Assembly: GCA_951406725.2 (NCBI GenBank)
Contig: OX597816.1
Coordinates: 161,386,001 to 161,450,000, forward strand
DNA from: Octopus vulgaris
Taxonomy: Eukaryota
Reading direction: 5' to 3'
Length of the DNA: 64,000 nucleotides
In this document: piece by piece, positions 1 to 13,315 of the stretch
Layout: the number at the start of each line of letters is the position of its first letter
Numbering within the stretch: position 1 is the stretch's first letter
The notes under the pieces: generated by a model
What the model was told of the DNA's origin: nothing
The model's input: only the letters and a program-made list of their open reading frames with translations
The model's database searches: none
Made by a program: the position numbers and the translations under genes

Positions 1-77
1 CTATTTTTTTCTGAGCCAGCTTATGCACTGTACCCTGACATCTGCTTAGTTAACCTCTTATCACTACTTTAGCAAGT

Positions 78-461
78 GGAGGCGCAATGGCCCAGTGGTT
101 AGGGCAGCGGACTCGCGGTCATAGGATCGCGGTTTCGATTCCCAGACCGGGTGTTGTGAGTGTTTATTGAGCGAAAACACCTAAAGCTCCACGAGGCTCT
201 GGCAGGGGATGGTGGTGATCCCTGCTGTACTCTTTCACCACAACTTTCTCTCACTCTTACTTCCTGTTTCTGTTGTACCTGTATTTCAAAGGGCCGGCCT
301 TGTCACTCTCTGTGTCACGCTGAATATCCCCGAGAACTATGTTAAGGTTACACATGTCTGTGGAGTGCTCAGCCACTTACACTTTAATTTCACGAGCAGG
401 CTGTTCCGTTGATTCGGATCAACCGGAACCCTCATCGTCGTAACCGACGGAGTGCTTCAAG
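78..461 (+). mobile_element. tRNA-derived SINE, full length (family D here, OR-like octopus SINE, tail alpha)
   Basis: A box TGGCCCAGTGG and B box GGTTTCGATTCC; exact 12-bp TSD ACTTTAGCAAGT at 66-77 and 462-473; related copies at 4530, 40835 and 49874. Confidence 0.9.
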
Positions 462-1027
462 ACTTTAGCAAGTATGGTGGAGTCTGTAGTTGGCTGAAGA
501 AGTTTTATTAGACCAAAACCTATCTAGAACTGTCTTCCATACTTGCAAGAATAATTCAAATAATATTAATTGTTGATTAATATTGCATAATTATTTAAAA
601 TTTTTTACAATTAAACATGTTAAAACTTAACTACTGCCATTCGTTAATGTATATGAGAATGTGAGAATTTTACTTTTCCCTTCTGTATTACAAATGTAAA
701 GTTTGATATCTTTGTCAAGAATTATCATTATTGTTGTGTCTGAAGAACAAGATGAGCATTAAAGTTATAACTATTGAGAAGATAGTAGATACACAACAAC
801 AATGAAGTATGTATTATATACTATAATTATTTATAAGACAGACAAGGATTCTGGATTATTTTTTCCATTTTTTTTTACTTAATTTTAGAGAGTGGTCGGG
901 TTCATTTTTAGTATTCCCATTTGTAAGAGCAGTCAAGTTTATTTCAGACATTCTCATTTTAAAAATCATCTCTGGCAATCGTCACTATATGTGCATGTTT
1001 GTGTGTGTGTATGTGTGTGTGTGTGTA

Positions 1028-1058
<31 letters not shown>

Positions 1059-1940
1059 TTGTGTTTGTGCCTTCCCATCTTGGTGTCACCTAATGAGTGC
1101 CACCATCGTACAAGTGGTGTTATTCACTTGCAATCTTCCATGAAAACATGTCTGACTGTATGGAAGCATTACCTTGCTTAGAAACAAATAAGGGTTAGCA
1201 ACAGGAAAGGCATCCAGCCAGGGAAAATCTTCTTTGACCAGTTCCATCTGACCCATGCAAGCATAGAAAAGTGGGCTTTTAAAAAAAAGGGAAAGCTAAA
1301 ATAGGAACATTTGTCTTTAAGACTGCATTTGCAATCATTGCATTCCATCAACTCCTGATTCAAAATGTTATCTATCTCTAAACACAATGTCCAATAGTCT
1401 TCTTGCAATATTCTTGTAGAAGTTTTTCTTGCAGTTATCAAATCCATAATTTATTATTTCCATTCTCATTTTTATATTATTTATAGAATGATGCAGGAAT
1501 CAAGAATTAAGTTTGTCAGATTTTAAAGTAAAATGATTCCATGTCCGTTTTATTATCTGTGAGACAGCATCTTGAAGGATGCACTCTCCACCACCAGTTG
1601 AAATCAACCAGTGTGCATGGGTGTGTGTGTCATCCCATTAGCATCTTTACTTCTTAATTTTGTATTATTTATTTTTGTGTATTGCTTTTAATTGCTTTAT
1701 AACATAATTTTTTGAAAGCCCATGCGACTTTCACAGAAACCATTATTATCATTAGTGTTATTATTTTTGTTGTTGTTGTTGCTAAAGACCATAGTGATGG
1801 TGGTGGTGGTGGTGGTGGTGGTGGTAGTGGCAGAACTTTTTTCTTTCTAAGGAACATTAAATTGATTCTATAGAATATGGTAATAATAATATTGATATTT
1901 GTTATTCATAGAATGTTTTTTTTCTCTTTCTCTCTTGCAG

Positions 1941-1996
1941 AGTGGCGGTATTACCAGATGACAGTTTCAACCATGTTTTACAGTGCAGCAATAACG
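1941..1996 (+). CDS. Probable internal exon (56 nt) of an unidentified host gene
   Basis: Strong pyrimidine tract TTTTTTTCTCTTTCTCTCTTGCAG acceptor and ACG|GTAAGA donor; higher GC than flanks; two open frames (WRYYQMTVSTMFYSAAIT or VAVLPDDSFNHVLQCSNN); product not recognised. Confidence 0.55.
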
Positions 1997-2212
1997 GTAA
2001 GAGCCTCTTCATATCAGTCTTAGACAAAAATAAAATTTGGAATATTTATATATTCTATTAAACATTGTAGATTAATTCAAAAACAAAAAATAAAATAAAA
2101 ATGATAAGAATAATAATGAAAATTATGTGTGTAAAATGTATTGATATATTTGTATCAAATAGAATCAAACATTTACCATTTATCATTATTTAATGCAGAG
2201 CTAATGTATTGG

Positions 2213-2370
2213 TAATATCATCATAATCATCATCATCATCATCATTGTCATCATCATCATCATCATCAGGATTTTTCCATGGGAATATCTTCCCCATCCT
2301 CCTCCTCCTCCTCCTCATCATCATCATCATCATCATTGTCATCATCGTCATCATCACCATCACCATCATC
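2213..2370. repeat. Compound trinucleotide microsatellite (CAT)n/(CCT)n
   Basis: Direct inspection. Confidence 0.9.
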
Positions 2371-2927
2371 GTTGTTTTAATGTCCACTTTACCATGTTTG
2401 CATGGGTCAGACAAGAGTATATTGTGACAGATTTGTTTTTTTTAGCAACATGATACCTGTCATGACACACCTGACACTATGTTACGAAGCCCTCCCTCAA
2501 CTTATTTCCAAGAAGGTCTGATAAATTAATTCCTGGTCTATCAAACAACAAACAAACAGCCTGGACATGTGTGGAGAACTGCAAATGAATGACACCATAT
2601 GGATGAGCCATTTGTTTACAAAGATTGCATCACATATAACATATATCAAGAAACCATAACATACTTTCATGGTGGACTGCAAGCAAGCAAAAGACTTGGT
2701 CAACAAAGCTGTTGTTTATGATCAATGAGCAAACACACGGGTAGATGAGAGAAATATGTCATCATCATCATCAGTAATAGTTTAAAATCAGATTTTAAAT
2801 ATTGGTATAGTTTGACCCCCTTCATACTGACCTGCCTTAGACAACTTCTTGTTTTGCAATAAATAACTGCTAATTTTCAAATGCTCGTATGTTACAAGTT
2901 GAATAACTGAAACAATATAAGGTCCCT

Positions 2928-3155
2928 GAAGGCAGCGAGCTGGCAGAAACCTTAGCATGCCGGGTGAAATGCTTAGCAATATTTCCTCTGTCTTTACGTT
3001 CGGAGTTCAAATTCCACCGAGGTTGACTTTGCCTTTCATCCTTTCATCCTTTCAGGGTCGATAAATTAAGTACCAGTTGCATACTGGCCCCCTCGATCTA
3101 TTTCAACTGACCCCCTCCCTGCAAAATTTCGTGCCTTGTGCCTGAAGTAGAAAAG
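2928..3155 (+). mobile_element. SINE family B (Meta-domain-like core), tail 1
   Basis: B box GAGTTCAAATTCC; core GTTGACTTTGCCTTTCATCC...GGTCGATAAATTAAGTACCAG; exact 14-bp TSD AATATAAGGTCCCT at 2914-2927 and 3156-3169. Confidence 0.9.
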
Positions 3156-3158
3156 AAT

Positions 3159-3233
3159 ATAAGGTCCCTCACCATGGATGTAGTGAGCAAGTTGGATATT
3201 CTGAGGCATGATGGTCACTTACTTGGCATGAAT
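3159..3233 (-). pseudogene. H3: Histone H3 C-terminal fragment, degraded
   Basis: Minus strand reads IHAK*VTIMPQNIQLAHYIHGEG versus canonical H3 [24 protein letters not shown]; most changes hit Arg (CpG) codons. Confidence 0.8.
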
Positions 3234-3240
3234 TTATATA

Positions 3241-3487
3241 TTATTATTAGTTCTCTCCATGCTATGAAACATGTAAAGCCACTACATGATCTCTCCAATC
3301 AGCTCTGTTTTCTACCATTGTTCTGGTCTCCTTCCAGCTTCCCCACCCTTCTTGTCTCCTTGTCAATAGTTTTTCACCATGAGGTTTTAGGGCACCCTGT
3401 TGCTCTTCTGCCCTCAGGCTGCCACTTTAGTGCCAGCATGCAATTGCTTTCTTGACTTGGCATAGATGACACCATCTAAATAAACCT
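3241..3487 (-). mobile_element. RTE-clade LINE 3' end, 5'-truncated and decayed
   Basis: Minus strand translates ALKWQPEGRRATGCPKTSW*KTIDKE..SWKETRTMVENRADWRDHVVAL, the RTE ORF C-terminal pattern; ends in a (TAA)3 tail. Confidence 0.75.
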
Positions 3488-3507
3488 TCTGATGCAAGAC
3501 ACCTTTT

Positions 3508-3617
3508 TAGTAAGCCCAGTACTTATTCTATCGGTCTTTTTTTGTCGAACTACTAAGTTACAGGTACATAAACACACTAACATCAGTTGTCAAGCGATGG
3601 TGGTGGGACAAACACAA

Positions 3618-3652
<35 letters not shown>

Positions 3653-3800
3653 ATGGGCTTCTTTCGGTTTCCATCTACCAAATCCACTCACAAAGCTTTG
3701 GTTATAGTAGAAGACACTTGCCCAAGGTGCCACGCAGTGGGACTGAACCCGGAACCATGTGGTTGGTAAGCAAGCTACTTACCACACAGCCACGCCTGCG
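3508..3800 (-). mobile_element. SINE family A (tRNA-like head, internal microsatellite), partial
   Basis: Reverse complement of the 54107-54530 copy with internal deletions. Confidence 0.85.
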
Positions 3801-4529
3801 TTATTTAATTACTTTAATAGCTCCAGCTTCATTTTGTAATGGTCACCAAATTTAATATATTTTTCAATTTATAAGTTAATGTTAAACTATTTAATTCATA
3901 GAGCATTAAAAAAAAACTAATTAGAAATAATATTTAAAAACTGCCCTGAGGGAAAACAGTTATTAAACAATGACTAATATTAATTTCACTTTTGTTTATT
4001 TCTAGTTTGCTTCTTAATCCTCTCTGTATTAAACATTTTAACATTAACTTAACTATTGATTTTTCTTCCAGATAGGATCTCTGAACTATTTTAATATTAC
4101 TTGTATTAGATCCTATTAGTGATAACTTAGACAGTTTTATGATAAAATTAATACTGCTAAAATATTTGAATCCAGTTAATTCCTCTGTATGCTTATTTTC
4201 TACATGAAAATGGACCCTGTGTCTAGAAAATAGAAATAATTGTTTACAGAGTTAATTTGTATTTTAATTTATATTAATTATTAATTTTTTAATTTTATTT
4301 TATATTTTATAATTTTATAATTATTATAATTATTTTATATTTTATAATTTTATAATTATTATTATTTTTGTTTTTGCATCATGAATATCCATGTTCTTTT
4401 ATTACTATTGAAATTTAAGTTTATAAATCATATTGAAGTTGAAATGAATGTGAGAAGATAATAAACATTAATTCCAGCGACACTGAGACATGAACGTAGC
4501 TTTACACTGTTGAATTATTTGGATATTAT

Positions 4530-4844
4530 GTGAAGGCATGTGGTTCAGTGGTTAGGGTCTTCAGCTCACAATCATACAGTCGTGAGTTCAATTCCTGGTG
4601 GCATGTTGGGTCCTTCAGCAAGGTACTTTATTCCTCAATGCTCTAGTTCACTCAGCTGGAAAAAGTGAGTAGTACCTGTAATTTAAAGGGCCAGCCTTGC
4701 CACATTCTGAATTTCCTTGAGAACTATGTTAAGAGTGTGCATATCTGTGGAGTGCTCAGCCACTTGCATGTTAATTTTATGAACAGGACTGTTCTGTTAA
4801 TCAGGTCAACTAGAATTCTCATCATTGTAACCAGTGGAGTGCCA
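4530..4844 (+). mobile_element. SINE family D, tail alpha, older copy
   Basis: A and B boxes; 3' half homologous to 275-460. Confidence 0.8.
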
Positions 4845-5296
4845 TTAGGAAATAGGTTGAAGTAGTTTATGGCTTGTAGAGTATAATTGACTTATAAGAT
4901 GTTAGGTCCAGTATTAAACCTAAAAGACTAGTAATGGTTAAGTTGTAATAAGGTATGGAGGAGGGTACCAAATGTAAAGATTAAGTGTCACATAACAGAT
5001 TGTGGCATAATGGAGATGTTGCAAGTTAGAGAAGAGGCTGTGTGTTGCATAGTTTAAAAAATATAACAAGTCGAGAAGTGACATATTAGAGATTTTAGTG
5101 AATTGTTATGAAGTTTCAGAACTGCATATAGTTGGAGTCAGTTTTGATTGAGAACCTCTTGCCAGTGCTCATTAAAGGCTGTTGTTTTGTTGTGAAGGAG
5201 AAGAAAAGTAACACCAGCAACATTCACATGAAGTAAGCTAAGTCTCTGAATTCCATGATGGCAGAAATAAGCTGCCTGCAAGAAGCCAAAGGAAAA

Positions 5297-5537
5297 TGTT
5301 CCCTTCTTGAGTTATGCCTACTTATAAGGGCCAGTTTCTTGATTTAATGGCATATAAATTCCCCACCTGGATGGGATACCAATCCATCACAGGGTTACTC
5401 ATTTTTGCCAGCTGAGTGGACTGGAACAATGTGGAATGGAGTTTTCTTTTTACTCAAGACCACAACTCATTACCTGATTCAAGAATTGAAACCACAATTT
5501 TATGATCATGAGTCCAACACCCTAACCACTAAGCCAT
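5297..5537 (-). mobile_element. SINE family D, tail beta
   Basis: Same head as other D copies; tail homologous to 48575-48690; a gamma-tail fragment follows at about 5538-5702 on +. Confidence 0.75.
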
Positions 5538-6554
5538 AAATGAGTAACCCTGCAACAGGCTAGTCTTCTGATCAGTGGGGAATGTTGGCCTGCTTACCTA
5601 GCCAATAGGGTGGCATCATTCCAAAGTTGAAATGATGCAAAGTGCATTGTGACCAATGATGTATAACAATATCCAATAGTCTGGTCAATCACATGATCAT
5701 GTCATTTCAATATATAGATGTGGTAAAGTCAAACTAGTTCATTAACAGAACCGGATGAGCTGTCTTGATGAAACTCTGTCTCGCCTAAAATGACGGCTGA
5801 TTTAACTGGTTGAACCAATAAATTGGCTCATGAAAACTGAGGGTTTGATTCATGGTTATAAATCCAGTTGGTATCTCTTACAGACTTCTCTGAGAAATAT
5901 TGGCTCAAGTAGAAAAAAAAACTTGCTCTAAAACAAAACTAGTCTTAGAACAAATATGTCACATGCATTTTAAAAATTGTTTGCTTCAAATATTTATTTG
6001 ACATGTTAAAACCATGACCTTTAAATTTAGGTCATTTATTATGGATGACAAAAAGTGAATACTTAATGTGCAGTTCATGTGGCTTATGTTGCATTGTGGT
6101 ATTATCATTATGCTATGCAATCTGCATTCATGTGTGTTTATTATCTATGTAACATTTGCGAACTACTTAAAAAAAAAGCCACTTAGTTTATAAAATGCAC
6201 AGGATCAACTTCATCATATATTTGCTGATGTTGTTTTAATTTAAGCACCTTTCCAACTCCTGCTAACAAGAACATCTACATTTTAACTTGACACTGTTTG
6301 ACATATGCAAAAATGCAAGTGCTGTGTCAGCTATGACAATAATATTTTTAAAAGTTTGCAGAATTAGAATGATTGTGTTGTTAGAATGATTTGCAGAGTT
6401 AGAATGATAGTTGTTAGAATGATTGTGTTGAAGGCCAGAATGAAGATATGAAAGAAATTTAACTACAGTCACTACAGCGGTCAGTTATTACTAATTTTTG
6501 TTTCCTTTATTGTATTTTGGGTAATTGACTTTATCTGTTACCTGGTTTAATATC

Positions 6555-6789
6555 TATTTCTTTACTACCCACAAGGGGCTAATCACAGAGGGGACAAACA
6601 AGGACAGACACATGGATTAAGTCGATTATATCAACCCCAGTGCATAACTGGTACTTATTTAATCGACCCCGAAAGGATGAAAGGCAAAGTCGACCTCGGC
6701 GGAATTTGAACTCAGAACGTAACGGCATCGAAATACCACTAAGCATTTCGTCCAGCGTGCTAACGATTCTGCCAGCTCGCCGCCTTTGT
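6555..6789 (-). mobile_element. SINE family B monomer, tail 2
   Basis: 17-bp TSD TTACCTGGTTTAATATC at 6538-6554 and 6790-6806; CpG-rich, young-looking copy. Confidence 0.9.
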
Positions 6790-7939
6790 TTACCTGGTTT
6801 AATATCACCATCTAGGTGCCTTTAGCCATGTCGACTTTGTTGCAAGTATTTGGGTCAAGTCTCCTCCTTCCCTCCCACCAGTCTTGGAGGCCTTGAAAGG
6901 AGGATAAGGACATTATCCTTCCTCTTTTGAATAAATGATTAATTTTTTTTTCCTTTTTTAAGTGAAGTGTGAAGGCATGTAGCCTAGTGGTTTGGCTGTT
7001 GCACACTGTAAGATCACGGTTTCAATTCTGAGACTGGGCACTCTGTTGTGTACTTGAGCAAAACACTTCATTTTATGCTGCTTCAGTCCACTCAGCCACA
7101 AATGGCTCCAACAATTGCTGGGAAGTTAACCCTGAGGCAGACCATTCAGAGGGGAATGTTGTAATCTCAGTAATTTATACACCTTGGAAAATGGTGATGA
7201 TGATGATGATTAGACATGCAAGCATACAGAGTATGATAGATACAGACAGATAGATAGACTGATAGATATTTGTCTCACTCTGTGGATCCCTTTCTTAGGA
7301 GATCCCACCCAAAAATGAAAAGAAAAGAAAAGAAAAATTTCAGCTCAAAGAACTGATGCCCTTTTCTGAATGCGCAAAATGATCTAATTCAAGTTAGGTA
7401 GGAAAAGCAGATAAAATATGAAAAGAGAGGAAGGGTAAGAGGGGGAGGGGGAATTCTGTAATTTTTATCTTGAGTAGGTGCAGTGGGGGGGTGGAGACTA
7501 TATATTTTCATTAGATCATTTCTTTTTGACACTCAAGTATGGAAGAACAGTAATAATTCTATTTCCTGTTTTTATGACCCTTTTAAGCATTTGGTTTAAA
7601 GGAGAAAGTTTCTAGCATTTCAACATCAATCACTAATCTAATTTATCACCTCAGAAAGGTGCTTCAATTGGCAGTGAACCAGAACATTTCCATAAATGGT
7701 GATTCATGTATACCATGTATGTCAGTCTCTCTTTCTCTCTCTCTCTCTCTTCCTCTCTCTCTCTCTTTTCCTCTCTCTCTCTCTCTCTCTGTTTGTCTGT
7801 GTGTCTGCATATGTGTTTACTTACCTACCTACCTCCCTATCTATCGTCACCACTACTACCATCATCTTCATCATCATTATCATCATCATCATCGTTGTCG
7901 TCATTGTCATGCAGCCATTTTCCCATGCTGGCATATATT

Positions 7940-8335
7940 CTTTTCTACTCTATGCACAAGGCCCAAAATTTTGGGAGATGAGGCCAGTCGATTACATTGA
8001 CCCAGTACACAACTGGTACTTAATTTATCAACCCTGAAAGGACGAAAAGCAAAGTCGACCTTGGCAGAATTTGAACTCAACTTAGAAACAGACGAAATAC
8101 CTATTTCTTTACTACCCACAAGGGGCTAAACACAGAGAGGACAAACAAGGACAGACAAATGGATTAAGTCGATTATATCGACCCCAGTGCATAACTGGTA
8201 CTTAATTTATCGACCCCGAAAGGATGAAAGGCAAAGTCGAGCTCGGCGGAATTTGAACTCAGAACATAACGGCAGACGAAATACGGCTACGCATTTCGCC
8301 CAGCATGCTAACATTTCTGCCAGTTCACCGCCATA
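7940..8335 (-). mobile_element. Dimeric SINE family B
   Basis: Two core units joined at 8100|8101; single TSD ATGCTGGCAT(A/G)TATT at 7925-7939 and 8336-8350. Confidence 0.88.
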
Positions 8336-8649
8336 ATGCTGGCATGTATTGGATGATGTCTTGTCATACATGGGAACCAGGAAAAGCAACCAACATTATT
8401 GTTGTTGTTATTTATTCTTTGTGTCTTATAATGATGCATTTTATCACGCCACTTGTACTAGAGGGGCTGTGCCATGCAGCAGCACTGCAGTAGTCTCCTC
8501 TAACATAAATCTGTTTTTATTTGGACTTAGAAACCCACTACTCCCTTAGGCATGGCATATAACCTGTGAAGTAGCTTGGATGTTCCAATTTCTGCCATAG
8601 TTTCTGTAACCGAATGCCCTTCATATCATCAGGCATATTTCAGTTGATT

Positions 8650-9112
8650 GTTCAAGTCCAAACACATGATTCTGAGTTCAGTCTCACTGCATGTTATCTT
8701 GAACAAGTATCTTCTACTCTAGCACCAGGCCAACCTTGTGAATGGATTTGTTGTATGGAAACTAAAGGAAGACCATTGTATATTGATATAAGTGCCTGTC
8801 AGTGCATTTGTGTGTGTGTGTATGTTTGTGCGTATATCTCTCTCTTTCTCTTTCCTTGTCTGGACATTGCATAATAGTTGTAAACGAGTGTCACTGTTAT
8901 ACTAGCAGTGTCATTTGTTTCCAATTTTCCATAAAAACATGACCAGGCATGGGGAAATATTACCTTGCCTGGAAACAGGCATGGATTGGTGACAGGAACA
9001 GCATCCAGCTGTAGAAAATTTGCCTAAATGAAATCCATCTGGTCCAAGCAAGCATGGAAAAGTGGATGTTAAAGGATGACGATGATATGATGATGGTGAT
9101 GGTGATGATGAT
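8650..9112 (+). mobile_element. Old SINE: family A-like head with (GAT)n-ending tail
   Basis: Head resembles 54107-54270; tail has the GCATCCAGCTGTAGAAAA motif and GAT repeats; similar tails at about 1075, 21735, 33260, 45725 and 49120. Confidence 0.7.
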
Positions 9113-9673
9113 GTATATGTGTGTAACTGTGTATGTGTGCTCATGTATGTATATGTACATGTGCTTACACACACACACACACATACACACACACACACAC
9201 ATACAAAAACAAACCATACACACAGTCCATATGAATGTGGAATGTGTGTTAGTTAATGATGAACCAAACTATTTACTGTGTCAAAGGTTATTATGAAATA
9301 AAGTGATAGCTGAGGTGTACACAATTTCAATTAATACCATATGACACAATGTTGAAAGCTGATAGCCTTCAGTGTTCACTTACTCTGGTTTCTCAAAAGA
9401 GAAATTCTGCAAAACTCTGTATATTAGAAAACAGACTTTTTCCTTTTAATCAAAATCAAGATTAAACTTAAGGGTATGTGTAATACATAGAATTAGGGTA
9501 CAAATTTTCTCTTCACCCATTTTTATTAAGGAAAAGGCACAATAAAGTTTTATTTTTTAGATTGTCCTTTTTTATTACATATCAATGTATTTTATATAAA
9601 ATTAAATAATGAAATATTAAAGGCAAATATATTGGAGTTTAAATAGATTATCTAATAAAGATACATGGTTTAA

Positions 9674-9894
9674 CCTTTTAGCACTTAAATGGACCAAAAT
9701 CGGCCCAAATATAATACCTGTTTTATGTTCAAACTGGGCAAATCCAGCCTCTGACACCTACCCTGCAATGTTATTTTAAAAATAAACAATCACATCTTCA
9801 AAATTTCAAAGCTACATTATAAAACATGATTAGTTTTTAAAATATGCAAATAAATAAATATTACATTTAACAGAGTAATCTGAATGCTAATGGG
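9674..9894. mobile_element. piggyBac-like MITE (family E2)
   Basis: TTAA on both sides; terminal inverted repeats (TIRs) CCTTTTAGCA...TGCTAATGGG; inverse homolog of 51762-51980. Confidence 0.8.
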
Positions 9895-10188
9895 TTAATT
9901 GTCAGGTGGTTGGTTGGTTGGTTGGTGATCATAACTGGTGTTGGTTTGTTTATGTTCCTGCAACTTAGCAAGCAAAATGAAATCTGTAGAATGAGTGTTA
10001 GACTTAAAAAATAAGTACATGGGTTGATCTGATCAATTAAAAAACCTTCAAGGTTGTGTCTCAGCTCGGCTGTAATCCAATGACTGAAAGAAGTAAAGGA
10101 ATAAAAGTTGGGGCATGTGATCTAGTAATTAGAGAGTTCAGCTTATGTTCATGATGTTGTGGAACTGGGCAGAATATTGGGTCTTTAA

Positions 10189-10410
10189 CCCTTTCGATAC
10201 CAACCCAGCTGATACTGGCTCTGGCTCTGTAGTTCAAATGTCTTGTTTTCATAAGTTTTGAATTAAAATCTCCCACCAAACCTTAGTCACAATTTATGTT
10301 CCTAACAGTAGCTTAATGATAACTAAGTCATTTTACTAAATACTTTGTTATATTTAAAATTAATTGAACGAAACACAGAACATCTCAAAATAAATACGGT
10401 AACAAAAGGG
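10189..10410. mobile_element. piggyBac-like MITE (family E1) inserted in a family D SINE head
   Basis: TTAA TSD at 10185-88 and 10411-14; TIRs CCCTTTCGATACC / GGTAACAAAAGGG. Confidence 0.85.
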
Positions 10411-10834
10411 TTAAGGCAGGAACTTAAGCACTTTATTTCACATTGCTCCACACTACTTAGCTGAAAATGAATACCAGCTGAGTGCTAGTGCAGCTCTCTC
10501 TCTCTCTCTCCTCTGTTTTTTTCTCCATCTGTTACTCTCTGGTTGAGCTACTGGGCTAAAGGCGGGGAGAGTCAAAGTGTGTCTTTCTATGATCATAACT
10601 ACACAGGCACCCAAAGCAATTAGCCTAAAGTATGGATACATGTTACCAAGCCAGACTCCCAAATGACAGTTGATTTTTAAGTAGATCATCTCTTCTGTAG
10701 CATTTGCAAAATATTGCATCTTATACATGGGATTATAGGTTTTTTTAGACAATTTAGGTCCTAAGATTACGATGGTCATATAATATACATGTGCTTTTAT
10801 CCTTAAAGTACACTATTACTTTGCACTTGTTTAA

Positions 10835-11388
10835 CCCTTTTGATACCAACCACCTGAGGTTACCCATGGTTCTATGGTACAAACTTCTTGGTTTAACTCA
10901 TTAGCATTCTGATTACTCTATCAAATTGTATTGTTTGAATTAATCACACATTGAATTAATCATTGCTTTCAGATTTCAGCAATGTGATTGTTTATTTTCA
11001 GAATGACATTGTAGGATAAGTGTGAGAGGCTGGATCTTGCTGGTTAGTACCTAAAATAGGTAGAATGTTTAGACCAGACATGGCCAGTTTAAATGCTTAA
11101 ATGGTAAAAGTAATCTAAATTAAAACCTTGCCTCAAAATTCCATGTTAGTTCATGTTCCAAACACCAGCTTTACAATACTCTTTTACTCTTTTACTTGTT
11201 TCAGTCATTTGACTGTGGCCATGCTGGAGCACTGCCTTTAGTCGAGCAAATCCACCCCAGGACTTATTTTTTGTAAGCCTAGTACTTATTCTATCGGTCT
11301 CTTTTGCTGAGCTGCTAAGTTACAGGGACGTAAACACACCAGCATCAGTTGTCAAGCGATGTTGGGGGGACAAACACAGACATACAAA

Positions 11389-11462
<74 letters not shown>

Positions 11463-11718
11463 TACAACGGGCTTCTTTTAGTTTCCATCTACTAAATCCA
11501 CTCACAAGGCTTTGGTCGGCCTGAGGCCATAGTAGAAGACACTTGCCCAAGGTGCCACGCAATGGGACTGAACCCGGAACCATGTAGTTTGTAAGCAAGC
11601 TACTTACCATAGAGCCACTCCTATGCCTAATAAAATTATTTTTCTGAACTTTTCTTTATTTTCAAAATTAACTGAAATAAAAGCAGTATATTTCTATAGA
11701 AATGGAGTATCAAGAGGG
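10835..11718. mobile_element. E1 MITE carrying a nested E2 MITE (10897-11104) and a family A SINE (11178-11628, minus)
   Basis: Outer TTAA-CCCTTTTGATACC ... GTATCAAGAGGG-TTAA; removing both inserts restores homology to 10189-10410. Confidence 0.8.
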
Positions 11719-12984
11719 TTAAGCAACTAAATTTGAAGGATTATGTTCGCATCTTGATAGACTGACTGTGTGTGTGTTTCTTATTAAGTTGTGTTGTATG
11801 ATTGTTTAAGTGCAGCTTTTGAACAAATGAGAATTAGCTTTCTTTATTTGAAGTGTAATTGGATTTGAAGGGGATACACCAATTTCAGGTGAGACTGGAA
11901 TTTAATGAGTGTTGATTTAAAGTAAGGGGTAAAAATGAAATGATAAGGAAATAGGAAAATAGCAAAATGGTTGAACTAAGTAAACAAGTGTTATGAAATG
12001 GTACTGATTAAGATGAGAAGTAAGGCTGACCTAAAAGTCATGCAAATAAGAACGAGACTAATTATAATTAATGTTTCTAGTTAGTTTGAGGATCATAACT
12101 TCATATTTTACTATTTTTAGAGCTAAGTTTTCAGTTTTGAGATTAGTAGAATAAGAATGAGTTACATAACTTTGAACAGTTCTTAAAATAAGAGATAAGA
12201 TTACTGTCCATCCTAGCAGTAATTAAATGAACAACTGCTAAGTATGTGTATATGTTTATTATATAAATATCACATACACAGCAAGCATACATACACAAAC
12301 ATAAATAAAGGTGCTGTTTACATGCTTCATTTCATTGACTGTTAACTTTCTGTTGACACAGATAAAATACACAAGTCTAAAAATATGATTATAGTATATC
12401 GTGATGCACTTGTTGACTTTTGTGTCTGAATTCCATTCCCTCTCTGGTTTCTCTCATAATATTCAAATTAAATCACTATTATTACTAAACCATATTTCCT
12501 TCTTGAAATTATGTCAGTGAAATTTTTAGAATAATCCCTGTGATGTAATATGCTATAATTATTAACCAACTTCAGCAAGACACCTGCTCCTGTTCCTCTA
12601 CCTTACTTTCTTATCCCTCAATACTATACTCCACTCAGTTAAGGGGTCTTGTCTTGTGGATACTTGGTGACTTCATCAACACACTCTGTGAAATGGTTGG
12701 CATCAAGCAGGGCATCCAGTTGTAGAAATCATGTCAAGGCAGACACTGGATATCTTAGTGCAAGCCACCTGGCTTGTTTATCCATGTCAAACCAACCATC
12801 CCATGCCAGCTTGGAAAAAAGGATGTTAAATGATGATGATGTTCCACTTCTTGGAAAATTATTTGCTTTGTAAACAGCTTCAAATATACCTTTCTACTGA
12901 CCCTATTTCTCTTCAATTATATTTTATTTTAAATTAACCCTTTATATCCATTTTCTCACATTTGCATGTGTTGTTGCACGGGTT

Positions 12985-13195
12985 TCCTCTTGCACAGTCC
13001 ATCACTGTTTGGTCATGGTCTTTTGTTATCAATGGAGTTTCATCATCTTGAAAGCAGCCCTCACCATTTCTTCTTATGCTTTTCTCGGCCACTTCCTCTT
13101 GCAAGAGTTATCTTCACTTGGGCTTTTTGGCACTTCTTTATCCATCTCTCATCCTCTACACACCAACACAGTCACAAACTCTTGTATCTTGCACA
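12985..13195 (-). mobile_element. RTE-clade LINE 3' relic
   Basis: Minus strand EDERWIKKCQKAQV..RGSGREK..W resembles the 13871 fragment. Confidence 0.5.
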
Positions 13196-13264
13196 TTTAC
13201 AACCACAGGCTTACATACTGGTTTTCCTCTCAGCCTAAAAATTAAAAATTTATCAGCAACACAT

Positions 13265-13315
<51 letters not shown>

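Noticed and set aside
78-155. tRNA gene
   Set aside because: The tRNA-like head continues into a SINE body with a TSD, and the cloverleaf is incomplete
889-922. 34-nt exon candidate (TTTTAG ... TTT|GTAAGA)
   Set aside because: Weak donor context; its two most plausible frames run into stop codons when spliced to 1941
1178-1447. Minus-strand 89-aa ORF with a protein-like N-terminal half
   Set aside because: The C-terminal half is SINE tail; no recognised motif or splice signals
8575-8635. CTGATGA...GAAAC hammerhead-like motif on minus
   Set aside because: Stem II cannot form; the sequence resembles the decayed GAAGGGCATCC...GAAAC retroposon motif
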